NCBI GenBank assembly: GCA_965221775.1
Contig: CBDCSU010000004.1
Span: 576,001 to 640,000, forward strand
Length of the DNA stretch: 64,000 nucleotides
DNA from: Candidatus Latescibacterota bacterium
Lineage (GTDB): Bacteria; Latescibacterota; UBA2968; UBA8231
Direction of reading: 5' to 3'
Positions within the stretch are counted from its first letter, which is position 1, and the number at the start of each line of letters is the position of its first letter. The translations under genes were made by a program, and so were the position numbers. Below, one piece after another: positions 42,082 through 52,102 of this stretch. The notes beneath the pieces were generated by a model that worked only from the letters and a program-made list of their open reading frames with translations, did no database searches and was not told the DNA's origin.

Positions 42082-43158
42082 CTAGTCCGCCGCGGAGGCG
42101 GGTTCCCCCGAACTCTCGGCCGCGGGCTCGGCGTCCACGATCAGCTCGATGCGGTCACCCGCCTGGATCTGCCCGGCCCCCGAGAGGGCGGCCACTCTCG
42201 ACACCCTCGTGCCGATGATCTCGCGAACCTCGATCACCGCGATTCGCCGCCCGGGGTCCAGGTCGTTGCGGCCGGCAGCCGGAAAGACGGCGAAACGGTA
42301 TCCCTGGTGGACCCCGTTCTCGCTGCCCATGTTGATGAACATCTCCTCCCCGGACACGGAGAGGACCTCGGGTGTTGCGGAGCCGATGCGGACCCCGGTG
42401 GGCCGCACCAGGGGCACCGACTTCTCCACCAGGTCGCCCATGGCCTCCACCGTGGCCTGGCCGATGGCGGTGCTCCGGAACTCCTCCGATCCGTAGGCCA
42501 TCTCCCCGAGGTTCGCGAACTGGTAGTCCTGCTTCCTCGGCTTGCCCAGGAGATCGAGTCCGAGGCCCCGGTCGATCGTCTCCTGCCGCGAATGGGCCGA
42601 GCCGATGCGGCCGAGGTCGGCGACCCGGACCAGGCGGACCTCCATCTCGGCCACGCCCTTGTAGGACTTGTAGCCGCCGATCAACGGATCGCCCACGTGA
42701 AGGCGCTCCATGTTGTAGTCGAGGAGGGTGCCGAGGACGAGCACTTCGGCCTGCAGGATCCCGCCGACCCGGCGCAGTTCCTCGTCCGTCCAGCGGGGCT
42801 TTCCCCCACCCGCCACGTCCTCCACCGCCGCGAAGGGAACGACATGCCAGGCAGTGACCTTCTCCATCTCGGAGCTGAGCATGCGCGGAACCTCGTGCAC
42901 CAAGTCCCAGACGCCGTCGCGAAAACCGGAGTCGTCCTCGAAGGGCAGCACGGCGATCCAGGGCCGGTAGGCGGCCTCGTCGCCGCCTGCGGAGCGCTGG
43001 ACGAGGTAGGCCTGGAGTTGAGCTCCAGACAGCCGATCCCCGGGTTCCCCGACGTTGCTCCCGCCTGGACCCGGACCGCTCAGGACCTTGGGCAGGCAGC
43101 CGGTCAGGGCCAGGACCACCAGACTCGACAACAGGGGGGCACGGGTCAGCAGCGACAT
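42082..43158 (-). CDS. putative lipoprotein (CsgG/FlgT-like fold)
   Basis: Lipobox LTGC; IAVLPFED..; C-terminal FINMGSENGV..G.RF.V and GDRI resemble FlgT-C. Confidence 0.6.
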   Translation of the reverse strand: MSLLTRAPLLSSLVVLALTGCLPKVLSGPGPGGSNVGEPGDRLSGAQLQAYLVQRSAGGDEAAYRPWIAVLPFEDDSGFRDGVWDLVHEVPRMLSSEMEKVTAWHVVPFAAVEDVAGGGKPRWTDEELRRVGGILQAEVLVLGTLLDYNMERLHVGDPLIGGYKSYKGVAEMEVRLVRVADLGRIGSAHSRQETIDRGLGLDLLGKPRKQDYQFANLGEMAYGSEEFRSTAIGQATVEAMGDLVEKSVPLVRPTGVRIGSATPEVLSVSGEEMFINMGSENGVHQGYRFAVFPAAGRNDLDPGRRIAVIEVREIIGTRVSRVAALSGAGQIQAGDRIELIVDAEPAAESSGEPASAAD

Positions 43159-43229
43159 GTGACAAGGGATGGTTCGGCCTGGAGCCGCTGTGCGGGATCC
43201 TCGGACGGACCGGCCGGCGCCGGATGCCG

Positions 43230-43358
43230 TCAGATCAGCTTGCGAAGCCCCTTCATGCCCGTCCGCCGGGCGCGGTTCCTCGCCAGGGCGCCGGGGCCGC
43301 GCGAAGCGGCCGCCAGCAGGCGGAGGAGGGACAGCAGCTTGCAGGGGGCTCGGATCAC
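43230..43358 (-). CDS. small basic hypothetical protein (42 aa)
   Basis: GGAAGG-N6-GTG; MIRAPCKLLSLLRLLAAASRGPGALARNRARRTGMKGLRKLI*; below the ORF-track cutoff. Confidence 0.4.
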   Translation of the reverse strand: MIRAPCKLLSLLRLLAAASRGPGALARNRARRTGMKGLRKLI

Positions 43359-43431
43359 AGCGGGCCTTCCGGCTTGGTGTTGATGGTCCTCACGTTACCT
43401 GCCCTGCCCTGCGAGATCAAGCCGCAATGCC

Positions 43432-43507
43432 TGGAGCCGCCTCGGGGACTCGAACCCCGAACCGCCTGATTACAAATCAGGTGCTCTGCCAATTGAGCTA
43501 AAGCGGC
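43432..43507 (-). tRNA. tRNA-Thr(TGT)
   Basis: GCCGCTTTAGCTCAATTGGCAGAGCACCTGATTTGTAATCAGGCGGTTCGGGGTTCGAGTCCCCGAGGCGGCTCCA folds as a cloverleaf; encoded CCA. Confidence 0.97.
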
Positions 43508-43623
43508 TCGATTCACCCTAGCCTGCGCCTCGGACCGATTCCAGTCAAGGTGGTCCCTTGTGGTCGAGGCCCCTTCCGGTCTATCATCGCCGGCCCACCA
43601 TCCACCACCGGGGAGAAGCACGG

Positions 43624-44574
43624 ATGGCTTCCGAGCCCCTCGTCTTTCTGAGAGGTCGACTGCAGCCCGCTTCCGAGGCTCACGTGGCGATCTACGATGC
43701 CGCCGTGGTCCTGGGAGCGACGGTGACCGACCTGGTACGCACCTTCGACCACCAACCCTACCGGTTGGGCGATCACCTCGACCGGTTCTTCCGCAGTTGC
43801 CGATACGCCCGGCTGACACCTCCCATCGACCGCGAGGAGACCGAGTCGGTCTGCCGCGACCTGGTGGCGCACAACGCCGACCTGCTGCCGCCCGGGGGCG
43901 AGCTGGCGCTTGTGCTCTTCCTCTCCCCAGGAGAGCTGGCGGTGTACGCGGGCGGTGCCGCGGGCGGCGAGGAGCCCGCGCCCACCTTCTGCATCCACAC
44001 CTTTCCCCTCCCCTTTCCCATGTGGCGCCACTTCTTCACCGAGGGCGCCCATGTCGTCACCCCGTCGATCCGGCAGGTCCCGGTCCAGTGCGTGGACCCC
44101 AAGATCAAGTGCCGGAGCCGCATGCACTGGTGGCTGGCTGACCAGGAGAGCCGGCAGGTCGATCCCCGGGCCGTCTCCCTCTGTCTCGACCTGGCCGGCA
44201 ACGTCACCGAGACGGGGGGCTCGAACTTCCTGATCTGCCATGGAGAGACCGTCATCAGCCCGAGCCCCTCACAAATCCTGCGCGGGATCAGCATGACCAC
44301 GGTGGCGGATCTCTGCCCCGGCCTCGGACTCGCCTTCGAGGAGCGCGACTTCCAGGTCTACGACGTGATCAACGCCGACGAGGCCTTCCTGGCCACCACG
44401 CCGTACTGCCTGGCACCGGTGACGCGCATCAACAACACCCCCATCGGACAGGGGCGACCGGGGCCCGTCTTCCGCAAGCTGGTCGATGCCTGGAGCGAAT
44501 CGGTGGGTGTGGACATTCTGGAGCAGATCCTGGGGCCGGGAGCGTCGGAACGGGAGAGCAGCTCCGGGCGTTGA
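43624..44574 (+). CDS. class IV PLP aminotransferase (IlvE/D-amino acid aminotransferase-like)
   Basis: DHLDRFFRS, DPKIK.RSR, TETGGSN, ILRGIS, ADEAFL. Confidence 0.88.
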   Translation: MASEPLVFLRGRLQPASEAHVAIYDAAVVLGATVTDLVRTFDHQPYRLGDHLDRFFRSCRYARLTPPIDREETESVCRDLVAHNADLLPPGGELALVLFLSPGELAVYAGGAAGGEEPAPTFCIHTFPLPFPMWRHFFTEGAHVVTPSIRQVPVQCVDPKIKCRSRMHWWLADQESRQVDPRAVSLCLDLAGNVTETGGSNFLICHGETVISPSPSQILRGISMTTVADLCPGLGLAFEERDFQVYDVINADEAFLATTPYCLAPVTRINNTPIGQGRPGPVFRKLVDAWSESVGVDILEQILGPGASERESSSGR

Positions 44575-44627
44575 AGACCTCGACCGGGAGCCTTCACGGG
44601 GCCCACGGGATACCCCGGGTCCCGGGA

Positions 44628-44864
44628 TCAGTTTCCCAGTTGGCGGACGGCCGCTCCCATGACCTCGGCGCGGGTGGCGAAGGCGAGCAGTTCTTCGCGC
44701 AGATCTTCGGGCAGGTCCTGAAAGGCGACCTTCTCCGCACCGTCGGGCAAGGACTCCGGCGACGACACCCACTCCTCGCCTTGCCTGCGCCAGGCCACGC
44801 ACGTGGTGGCGCCGGCACCGGTCAGGTAGAAGCGGTCTCCGTGACGGTAGACGCGTGCGGCCAT
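44628..44864 (-). CDS. small hypothetical protein
   Basis: 78-aa ORF starting 3 nt after the stop of the Rid-like gene. Confidence 0.6.
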   Translation of the reverse strand: MAARVYRHGDRFYLTGAGATTCVAWRRQGEEWVSSPESLPDGAEKVAFQDLPEDLREELLAFATRAEVMGAAVRQLGN

Positions 44865-44867
44865 CCG

Positions 44868-45461
44868 CTACCGGTGCGGCCCCCGGGCCCGGATGATGCG
44901 CAGGGCGAGGTCGGGATCGATCTGCACGATCATCTCCGGCTCGATGCGCACGTGCCCGGGCAGATCGAAGCCGGCCACGGCCGAGCGGGCGTGCCAGCCC
45001 GAGAGAGAGGCGTCCTCGCCGTCGACGGCGGAATCGGAGATGGGGCCGCCGAAAACATCGTGAAAGATCTTGCTGTATCCATCGACGACCTGGGGAGACT
45101 TGGAGAACGCCCCGCCGCCGGCGGAATTGACCATGCCGATGCACTTGACGCAATACCACACGTCGTTGAGGCTGCCCTCGGGATCGAGGGCCCAGTGCAG
45201 GGTGCGGATGTGATTCTCACCCGCCTCCCGTCCGGCGGCGAAGCCCTCCTCCACGTCCCCGTCGTCATTGGTCACCGCGCCGCGGCCCCCCGCCGTGCCC
45301 GAGGTGAAGACCAGCCCCGAGGGGGTGATGGTGGCCATGCAGATGCGCCTGCCCTTGGGCGGGGGAAGCACCTCGTCCCGGCTCTGAAGATCGATGCCGA
45401 GCCGCTCGATCCGTTCGTACACGTCGAAGTCCCGCCGCCATGCCTGCGGAAGGTCGCTCAT
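44868..45461 (-). CDS. divergent Rid/YjgF-family protein
   Basis: LVFTSG, VKCIGMVNS, VVDGYS..F.DVFG, HARSAV, LP..IEPEMIV; strong SD AAGGAG. Confidence 0.7.
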   Translation of the reverse strand: MSDLPQAWRRDFDVYERIERLGIDLQSRDEVLPPPKGRRICMATITPSGLVFTSGTAGGRGAVTNDDGDVEEGFAAGREAGENHIRTLHWALDPEGSLNDVWYCVKCIGMVNSAGGGAFSKSPQVVDGYSKIFHDVFGGPISDSAVDGEDASLSGWHARSAVAGFDLPGHVRIEPEMIVQIDPDLALRIIRARGPHR

Positions 45462-45582
45462 CGTCCGTCTCCTTCTGGTCTGCTGTTTGGGGGGCGCACC
45501 AAGATAGCCCGGCCCGCCCGCGGATCAAGGATCCCGCTCCCGGCCTGATGGGGACTCCCGAAACCACCCGAGGACAGCGCAC

Positions 45583-47310
45583 ATGCCGGTAACCCTGGAC
45601 CTGTCTACCCTCGGGCCCCTGGAAGGGGCGGTGGGCGCAGCCCGCGAGCGGCTTGGCCGGGAGCGCGTCGCCGCGCGAATCCTGGACCGCGACCACACAC
45701 TGTGGGGCCCCCGCCCGGAGGGTATCGTCGATCGCCTGGGATGGATCGACAGCCCTCGAGAGATGGCCGGCCGGCTTCGCCCCGTCGACGACCTGCTGAC
45801 CGGCGCCCTGGGGGATGGCCTGACCGATGCCCTCCTGCTGGGCATGGGCGGATCGAGCCTGGCAGCCGAGGTCTACGGCCGCCTGCTGCCCCTGGCCGGG
45901 GGACGTCTGCGGCTCTCCGTCCTCGACAGCACCGACCCGGCCGCCATCGCCGACGTCGCCGCCGCCATCGATCCCGCCCGGACCCTCTACCTGCCCGCCA
46001 CCAAGTCCGGCGGCACGGTGGAGACACTCTCCCTTCTGAAGCACTGCTACAACCTGACCCTCGCAGCCGTGGGCCCGGGGCGCGCGGGCCGGCACTTCGC
46101 GGCCATCACCGACCCGGGGAGCGGACTGCAGGAACTGGCCGAGTCCCTCCGCTTCCGTCGGCTCTTCCTCAACGATCCGGAGATCGGCGGCCGCTACTCC
46201 TGCCTGTCCTTCTTCGGCCTCGTACCCGCCCGCCTCGCCGGCGCCGACCCCGGCCGTCTGCTCGCCGGCGGCAGGGCCGCTCGGGCGGAGATCGTCGACG
46301 ACGGCGTCGGCCTTCGGCTCGGAGCCGTCCTCGGCGCCGGCGTGGCCGCAGGACGGGACAAGCTCACCCTGATCCCCTCGCCTTCCCTGGAGCCGTTGGG
46401 AGCGTGGATCGAGCAGCTCATCGCCGAGAGCACGGGAAAGGATGGAACGGGCCTTCTCCCCATCGACGGTGAGCCAGTCGGCGAAGCCGGGTCCTACGCC
46501 GGCGACCGCCTCTTCGTCTCCGTGAAGCTGAGATGCGAGGAGGACCCACCGGAAGCGGAGGCCCTGGCCCGAGCGGGGTTCCCCGTGGTCCGGCTGGAAC
46601 TCGGCGAGGCGTATGACGTCGGCGCCGCGATGTACCTCTGGAAAGTGGCGACCATCGTCGCCGCCCACCGGATGGGCGTCAATCCCTTCGACCAGCCGAA
46701 CGTGGAGTCGGCGAAGGTACTGGCGCGGTCCCTTCTCGACGCCTGTCGGACGGAGGGGGCCCTGCCCGCATCGCCGCCGGACCTCGTGGAAGCCGGCGTG
46801 GCCGCCTGCGGCCAGGTCGAGGGCGGACCTCTCTGGTCGGCGATCCGCGACTTCCTTTCCCTGGAGAAGGAGAGTCATCCTCGACCCTACGTGGCCTTCC
46901 AAGCGTACCTGCCTCCGCGTCCACAGGTGGAGGCCGCATTGACGCGGATCCGCCGCCGGATCCGTGAGCGTACGGGGCTGGCCACCACCATCGGCTTCGG
47001 ACCCCGGTTCCTGCACTCGACGGGCCAGCTCCACAAGGGCGACGCGGGACATGGACGGTTCTTGCAGATCACCTGTGAGGACCGGCTCGACCTGCCGATC
47101 CCGGATGCGCCCGGCGAGACCGCATCGACCACGACCTTCGGCATGTTGAAGGCCGCCCAGGCTTCGGGGGACCGGCAAGCCCTGATCGAGGGTGGACGCG
47201 CGGTGCTGCGACTGCATCTCGCGGGCGGTCTGAGCCAAGGTCTGAGGGTAATGGAGAAGGCCTTCGAGAAGGCCCTGGCAGATGTCCCTGGCAACGGAAG
47301 AAGGAGCTAG
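45583..47310 (+). CDS. pgi: glucose-6-phosphate isomerase (type usually fused to transaldolase)
   Basis: GMGGSSL, TKSGGTVET, IGGRYS, EQLIAESTGK, NPFDQPNVESAK, HSTGQLHKG. Confidence 0.88.
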   Translation: MPVTLDLSTLGPLEGAVGAARERLGRERVAARILDRDHTLWGPRPEGIVDRLGWIDSPREMAGRLRPVDDLLTGALGDGLTDALLLGMGGSSLAAEVYGRLLPLAGGRLRLSVLDSTDPAAIADVAAAIDPARTLYLPATKSGGTVETLSLLKHCYNLTLAAVGPGRAGRHFAAITDPGSGLQELAESLRFRRLFLNDPEIGGRYSCLSFFGLVPARLAGADPGRLLAGGRAARAEIVDDGVGLRLGAVLGAGVAAGRDKLTLIPSPSLEPLGAWIEQLIAESTGKDGTGLLPIDGEPVGEAGSYAGDRLFVSVKLRCEEDPPEAEALARAGFPVVRLELGEAYDVGAAMYLWKVATIVAAHRMGVNPFDQPNVESAKVLARSLLDACRTEGALPASPPDLVEAGVAACGQVEGGPLWSAIRDFLSLEKESHPRPYVAFQAYLPPRPQVEAALTRIRRRIRERTGLATTIGFGPRFLHSTGQLHKGDAGHGRFLQITCEDRLDLPIPDAPGETASTTTFGMLKAAQASGDRQALIEGGRAVLRLHLAGGLSQGLRVMEKAFEKALADVPGNGRRS

Positions 47311-47314
47311 TGTT

Positions 47315-48235
47315 GTGCAATTGGGAATGATCGGACTCGGGCGCATGGGCGCCAACATGACGACGCGGCTCCTTCGGGACGGCCATGAACTCGTCGTCCA
47401 CGACCGCGAAGAGCAGGCCGTGACGGACGCGGAAGGGCGAGGCGCAAGAGGCGTGCCGTCGCTGGAGTGCCTGGTGGCGCAACTCGATTCGCCTCGCGCC
47501 GTGTGGGTGATGGTGCCCGCCGGCGAGGCCACGGAGGATGCCGTCGCCCGCCTCGCTGCCGCTCTGGAGACCGGGGACACGGTGATCGACGGAGGCAACA
47601 GCAACTACCGTGACACGATGCGCCGCGGCGAGGCCCTCGGAGAGAAGGGGCTGGCCTACGTCGATGTCGGCACCAGCGGCGGCGTGTGGGGCCTCGATGC
47701 GGGATACAGCTTGATGATCGGGGGACCGGAGTCGGCCGTGAACCGCCTGCGGCCGATCTTCGAGAGCCTGGCTCCGTCGTCAGAGAACGGCTGGGGGAGG
47801 GTTGGTCCGTGCGGCGCCGGCCACTTCGCCAAGATGATCCACAACGGTATCGAGTACGGCATGATGCAGGCCCTGGCCGAGGGCTTCGCGATCATGAAGA
47901 ACAAGACGGAACTCGGTCTCGACTTGCATCAAGTGGCGGAGATCTGGCGCCACGGTTCGGTAGTGCGTTCCTGGCTGCTCGACCTGACGGCGGCGGTCCT
48001 GGAGAAGGATCAGATACTGTCCCACATCGCGCCGTACGTTGCGGATTCCGGTGAGGGCCGATGGGCGGTAGCGGAAGCGGTGGACCTCGGCGTCTCGGCC
48101 CCCGTCCTCACTCACTCTCTCATGGCGCGACTGCGGTCGAGGGACGAGGAATCGTATGCCGACCGGCTGCTGGCGGCGATGCGCAACCAGTTCGGAGGCC
48201 ACGCCATGAAGGCTGCGGAAGAGCCCGCACCGTAG
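47315..48235 (+). CDS. gnd: decarboxylating 6-phosphogluconate dehydrogenase (short YqeC type)
   Basis: GLGRMG, IDGGNS, GTSGGVWG, KMIHNGIEYG, AMRNQFGGH. Confidence 0.93.
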   Translation: MQLGMIGLGRMGANMTTRLLRDGHELVVHDREEQAVTDAEGRGARGVPSLECLVAQLDSPRAVWVMVPAGEATEDAVARLAAALETGDTVIDGGNSNYRDTMRRGEALGEKGLAYVDVGTSGGVWGLDAGYSLMIGGPESAVNRLRPIFESLAPSSENGWGRVGPCGAGHFAKMIHNGIEYGMMQALAEGFAIMKNKTELGLDLHQVAEIWRHGSVVRSWLLDLTAAVLEKDQILSHIAPYVADSGEGRWAVAEAVDLGVSAPVLTHSLMARLRSRDEESYADRLLAAMRNQFGGHAMKAAEEPAP

Positions 48236-48374
48236 TTCAGGGAGGCAACGCAACACGCCGAAGGCAAGGCTGCAACGGTCCACTTGAGGCAAAAGCGGAT
48301 CTCTTCGTAACTTATGTGTCGACTGGCGCGCTGATTCCACCAACATCAACGCAGTCCCATCCGGAGGAGACTAC

Positions 48375-48818
48375 ATGCCGAATGTTGCCCAAGTACTCAA
48401 GGAGGAGATCAGCCGATTGGCGCGCAAGGAGATCCGCGCCTCCTGCGATCCCCTGCGCAAGCAGGTTCAGAGTTTGAGACGCACGGTGCGTACCCAGCAG
48501 GAGACGATCGACAAACTCGAGAGGTCTCTGTCGAAGATGGTCGATATGACCGCCACCGAGGCGGGCACTTCCCTCTATGCGCCCGCGGAGGAGAAGGAAC
48601 AGCGTTCTCGGGCACGGGTGACACCGGCTTCGATCCGGAGGCATCGGCTTCGCCTCGGGCTCTCGCAGGCCCAGCTTGGTGGGTTGCTGAATGTGAGCAC
48701 CAACACCATCGTCCGGTGGGAGCAAGGCAGCTCGAAACCGCGGGTTCAGCACCGCACCGCCCTGTTGCGTCTTCGCGACCTGGGCGTTCGCGACGTAAAG
48801 CAGATCCTCGAAGAGTAA
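48375..48818 (+). CDS. XRE-family HTH protein with N-terminal coiled coil
   Basis: LKEEISRLARKEIR N-terminus; RLGLSQAQLGGLLNVSTNTIVRWEQG HTH; SD GGAGGAG. Confidence 0.85.
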   Translation: MPNVAQVLKEEISRLARKEIRASCDPLRKQVQSLRRTVRTQQETIDKLERSLSKMVDMTATEAGTSLYAPAEEKEQRSRARVTPASIRRHRLRLGLSQAQLGGLLNVSTNTIVRWEQGSSKPRVQHRTALLRLRDLGVRDVKQILEE

Positions 48819-48834
48819 CGACAACCCTCACGAC

Positions 48835-48871
48835 GAAGGCCCGCGCCCCTGATCTCGGACGCGGGCCTTTT
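48835..48871 (+). terminator. intrinsic terminator between convergent genes
   Basis: AAGGCCCGCG/CGCGGGCCTT stem followed by T residues. Confidence 0.6.
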
Positions 48872-48894
48872 CAGCGGACCCGCAGGCAACCCCT

Positions 48895-49896
48895 TCAGCC
48901 GCCTGCCTTCTCGTAGAGATCGCGCCCCTCCACAAGGGCCTCGATCTTGCGATCGGCGACGGAGCGCTTCAGCATCCAGAACCCGCAGTCGGGGTTGATG
49001 CAGGCGACGCGCTCCGGGCCGATGACCGCCACCGTCTCATCGATCTGGCGGGCGATCTCCTCGGCACTCTCGACGACATTCGACTTGATGTCGACGACGC
49101 CGAGCCCCAAGCGCACGGAACCGGAAACCCTCTTGAGGGCGGGCAGTTCCCAGTTGCCGCGGTGAGCGAGTTCAAGCAGGACGTGGTCGGCGTGCAGCCC
49201 TTCCAGATAGTCGATCAGGTTCTGCCAGCTCCCCTGCTGGATCGTCTGTCCGCCGTAGTTGCCGAAACAGAGATGCACTGCCGGCGTGGTCCGTACCCGG
49301 TCGAGGATGCGGTTCATCCCTTCCAGGGCCCACTCCCACTCCTCCGAATGACCGGGAAGATTGGCCTCGTCCACCTGAACCACGTCGGCCTCGATGTGGG
49401 CGACCTGCTCGGCGAGCACGTCGGCGATGGCCAGGCACAACTCCTGCCGGCTCCCGTAGTGGCGGTCGAGCAGGGTCTTGCACAGCATGTGCGGTCCCGT
49501 GAGGGTGAACTTGAGGGGGTGCGACGTCAGGCTCCGCGTGAGGGAGTAGTCGCCCGGCAGATCGAGTGACCCCGCACCGATGGCTCCTTCCACGACCGCG
49601 CTCGGACGCCCGCGATAGGCCATTTCCGTCTCGCGGCGGAAGGTCTCCACGTCTTCCCATCCCACATGGCCGCGCACGTTTGCGAGAGGCCGGACGAAGT
49701 ACTCGATCATCCCGTTCGTCTCGGGATGGTTGACGTCGAACCGTCCCAGCTCACCATCGGCGACGATGTCGATGCCGGCGTTCTCCTGGGTCTTCAGTAC
49801 CACCGCCATGGCGTCGGCCAGGGCTTGCTCCGACGGCAGCGCCGCCAGCCAGTCCGGGATCGGATAGCTCCCCACCACCGTCGTCAGGATTCCCAT
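48895..49896 (-). CDS. cobalamin-independent methionine synthase, core (single-barrel) family
   Basis: TTVVGSYP, DGELGR, QVDE, HLCFGN zinc motif, NPDCGF. Confidence 0.85.
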   Translation of the reverse strand: MGILTTVVGSYPIPDWLAALPSEQALADAMAVVLKTQENAGIDIVADGELGRFDVNHPETNGMIEYFVRPLANVRGHVGWEDVETFRRETEMAYRGRPSAVVEGAIGAGSLDLPGDYSLTRSLTSHPLKFTLTGPHMLCKTLLDRHYGSRQELCLAIADVLAEQVAHIEADVVQVDEANLPGHSEEWEWALEGMNRILDRVRTTPAVHLCFGNYGGQTIQQGSWQNLIDYLEGLHADHVLLELAHRGNWELPALKRVSGSVRLGLGVVDIKSNVVESAEEIARQIDETVAVIGPERVACINPDCGFWMLKRSVADRKIEALVEGRDLYEKAGG

Positions 49897-49915
49897 TCCG
49901 TGCTCTCCTCTCGGT

Positions 49916-52102
49916 TCATCCGCCCCGGGCGCGCTCGAGCCCTTCGAGAACGATCCCCTTCGTGATCACCTCGGGCAGGACGATCGGCTCGCCAGGGCGC
50001 CCCGCGGGAAAGATGACGTAGAGGGGCACTCCCGAACGTCCGAAGGCGCGCAACATGCGGGTGATCTCGGGGTTCCGGTTTGTCCAGTCCGCCTTCACCA
50101 GGACCACATCCAGCTCCTCGAAGCGGTCCCTCACATCCGGGTCTGACAACACGAGCCGCTCGTTGACCTTGCACGTCCAGCACCACTCGGCGGTGAAGTC
50201 GATGAACAGATGGCGGTCCTGCGTCAGCAACGACTCGAGGCGCTGCACGTCGAACTCCTCCCATCCCTCCGTCTCCAGGGCCGCGCCGCTTGTGGCCGGG
50301 CTCGCGAGAAGAGGGTGGAGGAAGAAGCTGTATCCGCCCAGGGCGATCAGAAGGGAGAAGGCCCACGCGGCCCGTCGGCGGATCGTCGAGGTCCGCAGGT
50401 CGATCCAGGTCCCCACGATCCAGGCCCCCAGGGCCAGGGAGAGAAGGAAGGCGCAGGTCCAGACCACGGCCTCCATCCCCAGTTGCTTGCCCACCACCCA
50501 GAGCAGCCAGAGGACCGTGGCCATGAGCAGGAACCCCATGGCCTGCTTGAAGCGCTCCATCCAGGCGCCTGGGCGAGGCAGAAACCGGATCCACCGAGGC
50601 TGCCAGGCGAGGGCCAGGTAGGGCAGGCAGAGACCGGCGCCGATGGCGGCGAAGACGGCGAAGACCACCGGGGCCGGCTGGCTGAAGGCGAAGCCCAGGG
50701 CGGTCCCCAGAAATGGCGCGGTGCAGGGCGTGGCCAGGACGGTGGCGAGCACGCCGTTGAAGAAGCTGTGACCCAGGCCCTCGCCCTGGGCGGCTGCCCC
50801 CAGAGCGCCGACGCTGCCCGGCAGGCGTACGGTGACGAGGCCGAAGAGGCTCAGGGCCAGAACGAAGACCAGCCCCGTGAGGAAGAGCACGAACCCGGGC
50901 GACTGGAACTGGAATCCCCAGCCGATCTGCTCCCCCCCCGCCTTCAGGGCGGTCACCAGGGCCGCCAGGACCAGGAAGGTCAGCACCACCCCGGCGGAGA
51001 AGGCCAGGCCGAGCTGACGGACGCGGCGGGGTTCCTCTCCTCCCTGGGAGACGAGGGAGAGGGCCTTCAGGGAGATGACCGGCAGCACGCACGGCATCAG
51101 GTTGAGGATCAGCCCCCCGACGATCGCCATCAGCAGGTATCGCCACAGGGACGAGGCGCCGCCGGGCGCGCCGAACTCCGCGTCGAGGAGGTCGATACCG
51201 CTCTCGCGCAGGTCGAACCGGATGGTGCGGAACCGGCCCTCTCCCCCCGCCCCGGGGAAGGCGATGACGCCCGCCAGTTCGCCAGGCAGCGGCTCTCCCG
51301 GGTAGGGCTCGATGCGCAGCTCCGAGCGGGTCCGCTTCGGCCCCTGCTGCACGAGGGCGCCCACATCCAGGCTCGTGTCGCCTCCGGGCAGGGGAAAGAA
51401 GGAAGGAAGCTCGTCCCCCTCGTGAACGGCGGTCACCTCCACCGCCACTCGCAGGGCGCCGCCGTCGGCTTCCACCGTCGGCCGCCAGCTCACGGGGTCG
51501 GCCTCGGACAGGGGCGCCGGCACCCTGGCCCGGTAGCGGTCGAAGAGAGCCGCGTGGGCGGGGGCCGCCTCCCCGGCTTCGAGGTGCAGCGACAGGGTCG
51601 CCCCCCCGGGGATGCAGATCTCCCGGCAGACCAGCCAGCTCACCTCGGCCGTGAACCGCACCGTGTCGGGCAGGACCGCCGGCGTGCGCACGGGAGCCAG
51701 CAGCATCACCTCGTCGGCGTACCCGAAGACGGTCAGGTCCTCCTCCTGGTAGCGGTGCGGCCCCGGCCACCGCAGGGGGGCCACATCGAAGCCCGGCGGG
51801 GTCTGCCAGGCGACCTCGGTGGCCTGGCCGGCGTCCCCGGCCCAGGCCCAGTAGGTGTGCCATCCGGGGTCCTGCTCGAGGAGCACGCCGAGGGTGAAGC
51901 CGCGCCCCGCCTCGACGTTGGTCACGTCGGCGAGCAGCCGGGCGCGGACGGGATCGGGGAACTCGGCCTCGCCCGCCGAGGGACCGAGAGCCGGCAGGAG
52001 CAGCGCGCTCAGGGCCAGGAGCGTGCGCCGCAAGGCTCGACAGGAACCAGCCTGGAACGACAGTCGCACCGTCCCGCGCGGCCCCGAAGTGGAACCCCTC
52101 AT
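49916..52102 (-). CDS. dsbD: protein-disulfide reductase DsbD/ScsB-like
   Basis: GWHTYW and LVCREICIP N-domain, LNLMPCVLPV and ATPCTAPF membrane domain, WCWTC thioredoxin domain; ATGA overlap with aroA. Confidence 0.9.
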   Translation of the reverse strand: MRGSTSGPRGTVRLSFQAGSCRALRRTLLALSALLLPALGPSAGEAEFPDPVRARLLADVTNVEAGRGFTLGVLLEQDPGWHTYWAWAGDAGQATEVAWQTPPGFDVAPLRWPGPHRYQEEDLTVFGYADEVMLLAPVRTPAVLPDTVRFTAEVSWLVCREICIPGGATLSLHLEAGEAAPAHAALFDRYRARVPAPLSEADPVSWRPTVEADGGALRVAVEVTAVHEGDELPSFFPLPGGDTSLDVGALVQQGPKRTRSELRIEPYPGEPLPGELAGVIAFPGAGGEGRFRTIRFDLRESGIDLLDAEFGAPGGASSLWRYLLMAIVGGLILNLMPCVLPVISLKALSLVSQGGEEPRRVRQLGLAFSAGVVLTFLVLAALVTALKAGGEQIGWGFQFQSPGFVLFLTGLVFVLALSLFGLVTVRLPGSVGALGAAAQGEGLGHSFFNGVLATVLATPCTAPFLGTALGFAFSQPAPVVFAVFAAIGAGLCLPYLALAWQPRWIRFLPRPGAWMERFKQAMGFLLMATVLWLLWVVGKQLGMEAVVWTCAFLLSLALGAWIVGTWIDLRTSTIRRRAAWAFSLLIALGGYSFFLHPLLASPATSGAALETEGWEEFDVQRLESLLTQDRHLFIDFTAEWCWTCKVNERLVLSDPDVRDRFEELDVVLVKADWTNRNPEITRMLRAFGRSGVPLYVIFPAGRPGEPIVLPEVITKGIVLEGLERARGG

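Noticed and set aside
48236-48871. XRE HTH gene as a prophage or toxin-antitoxin remnant
   Set aside because: No toxin, integrase or flanking repeats; looks like a stand-alone regulator of a common family.
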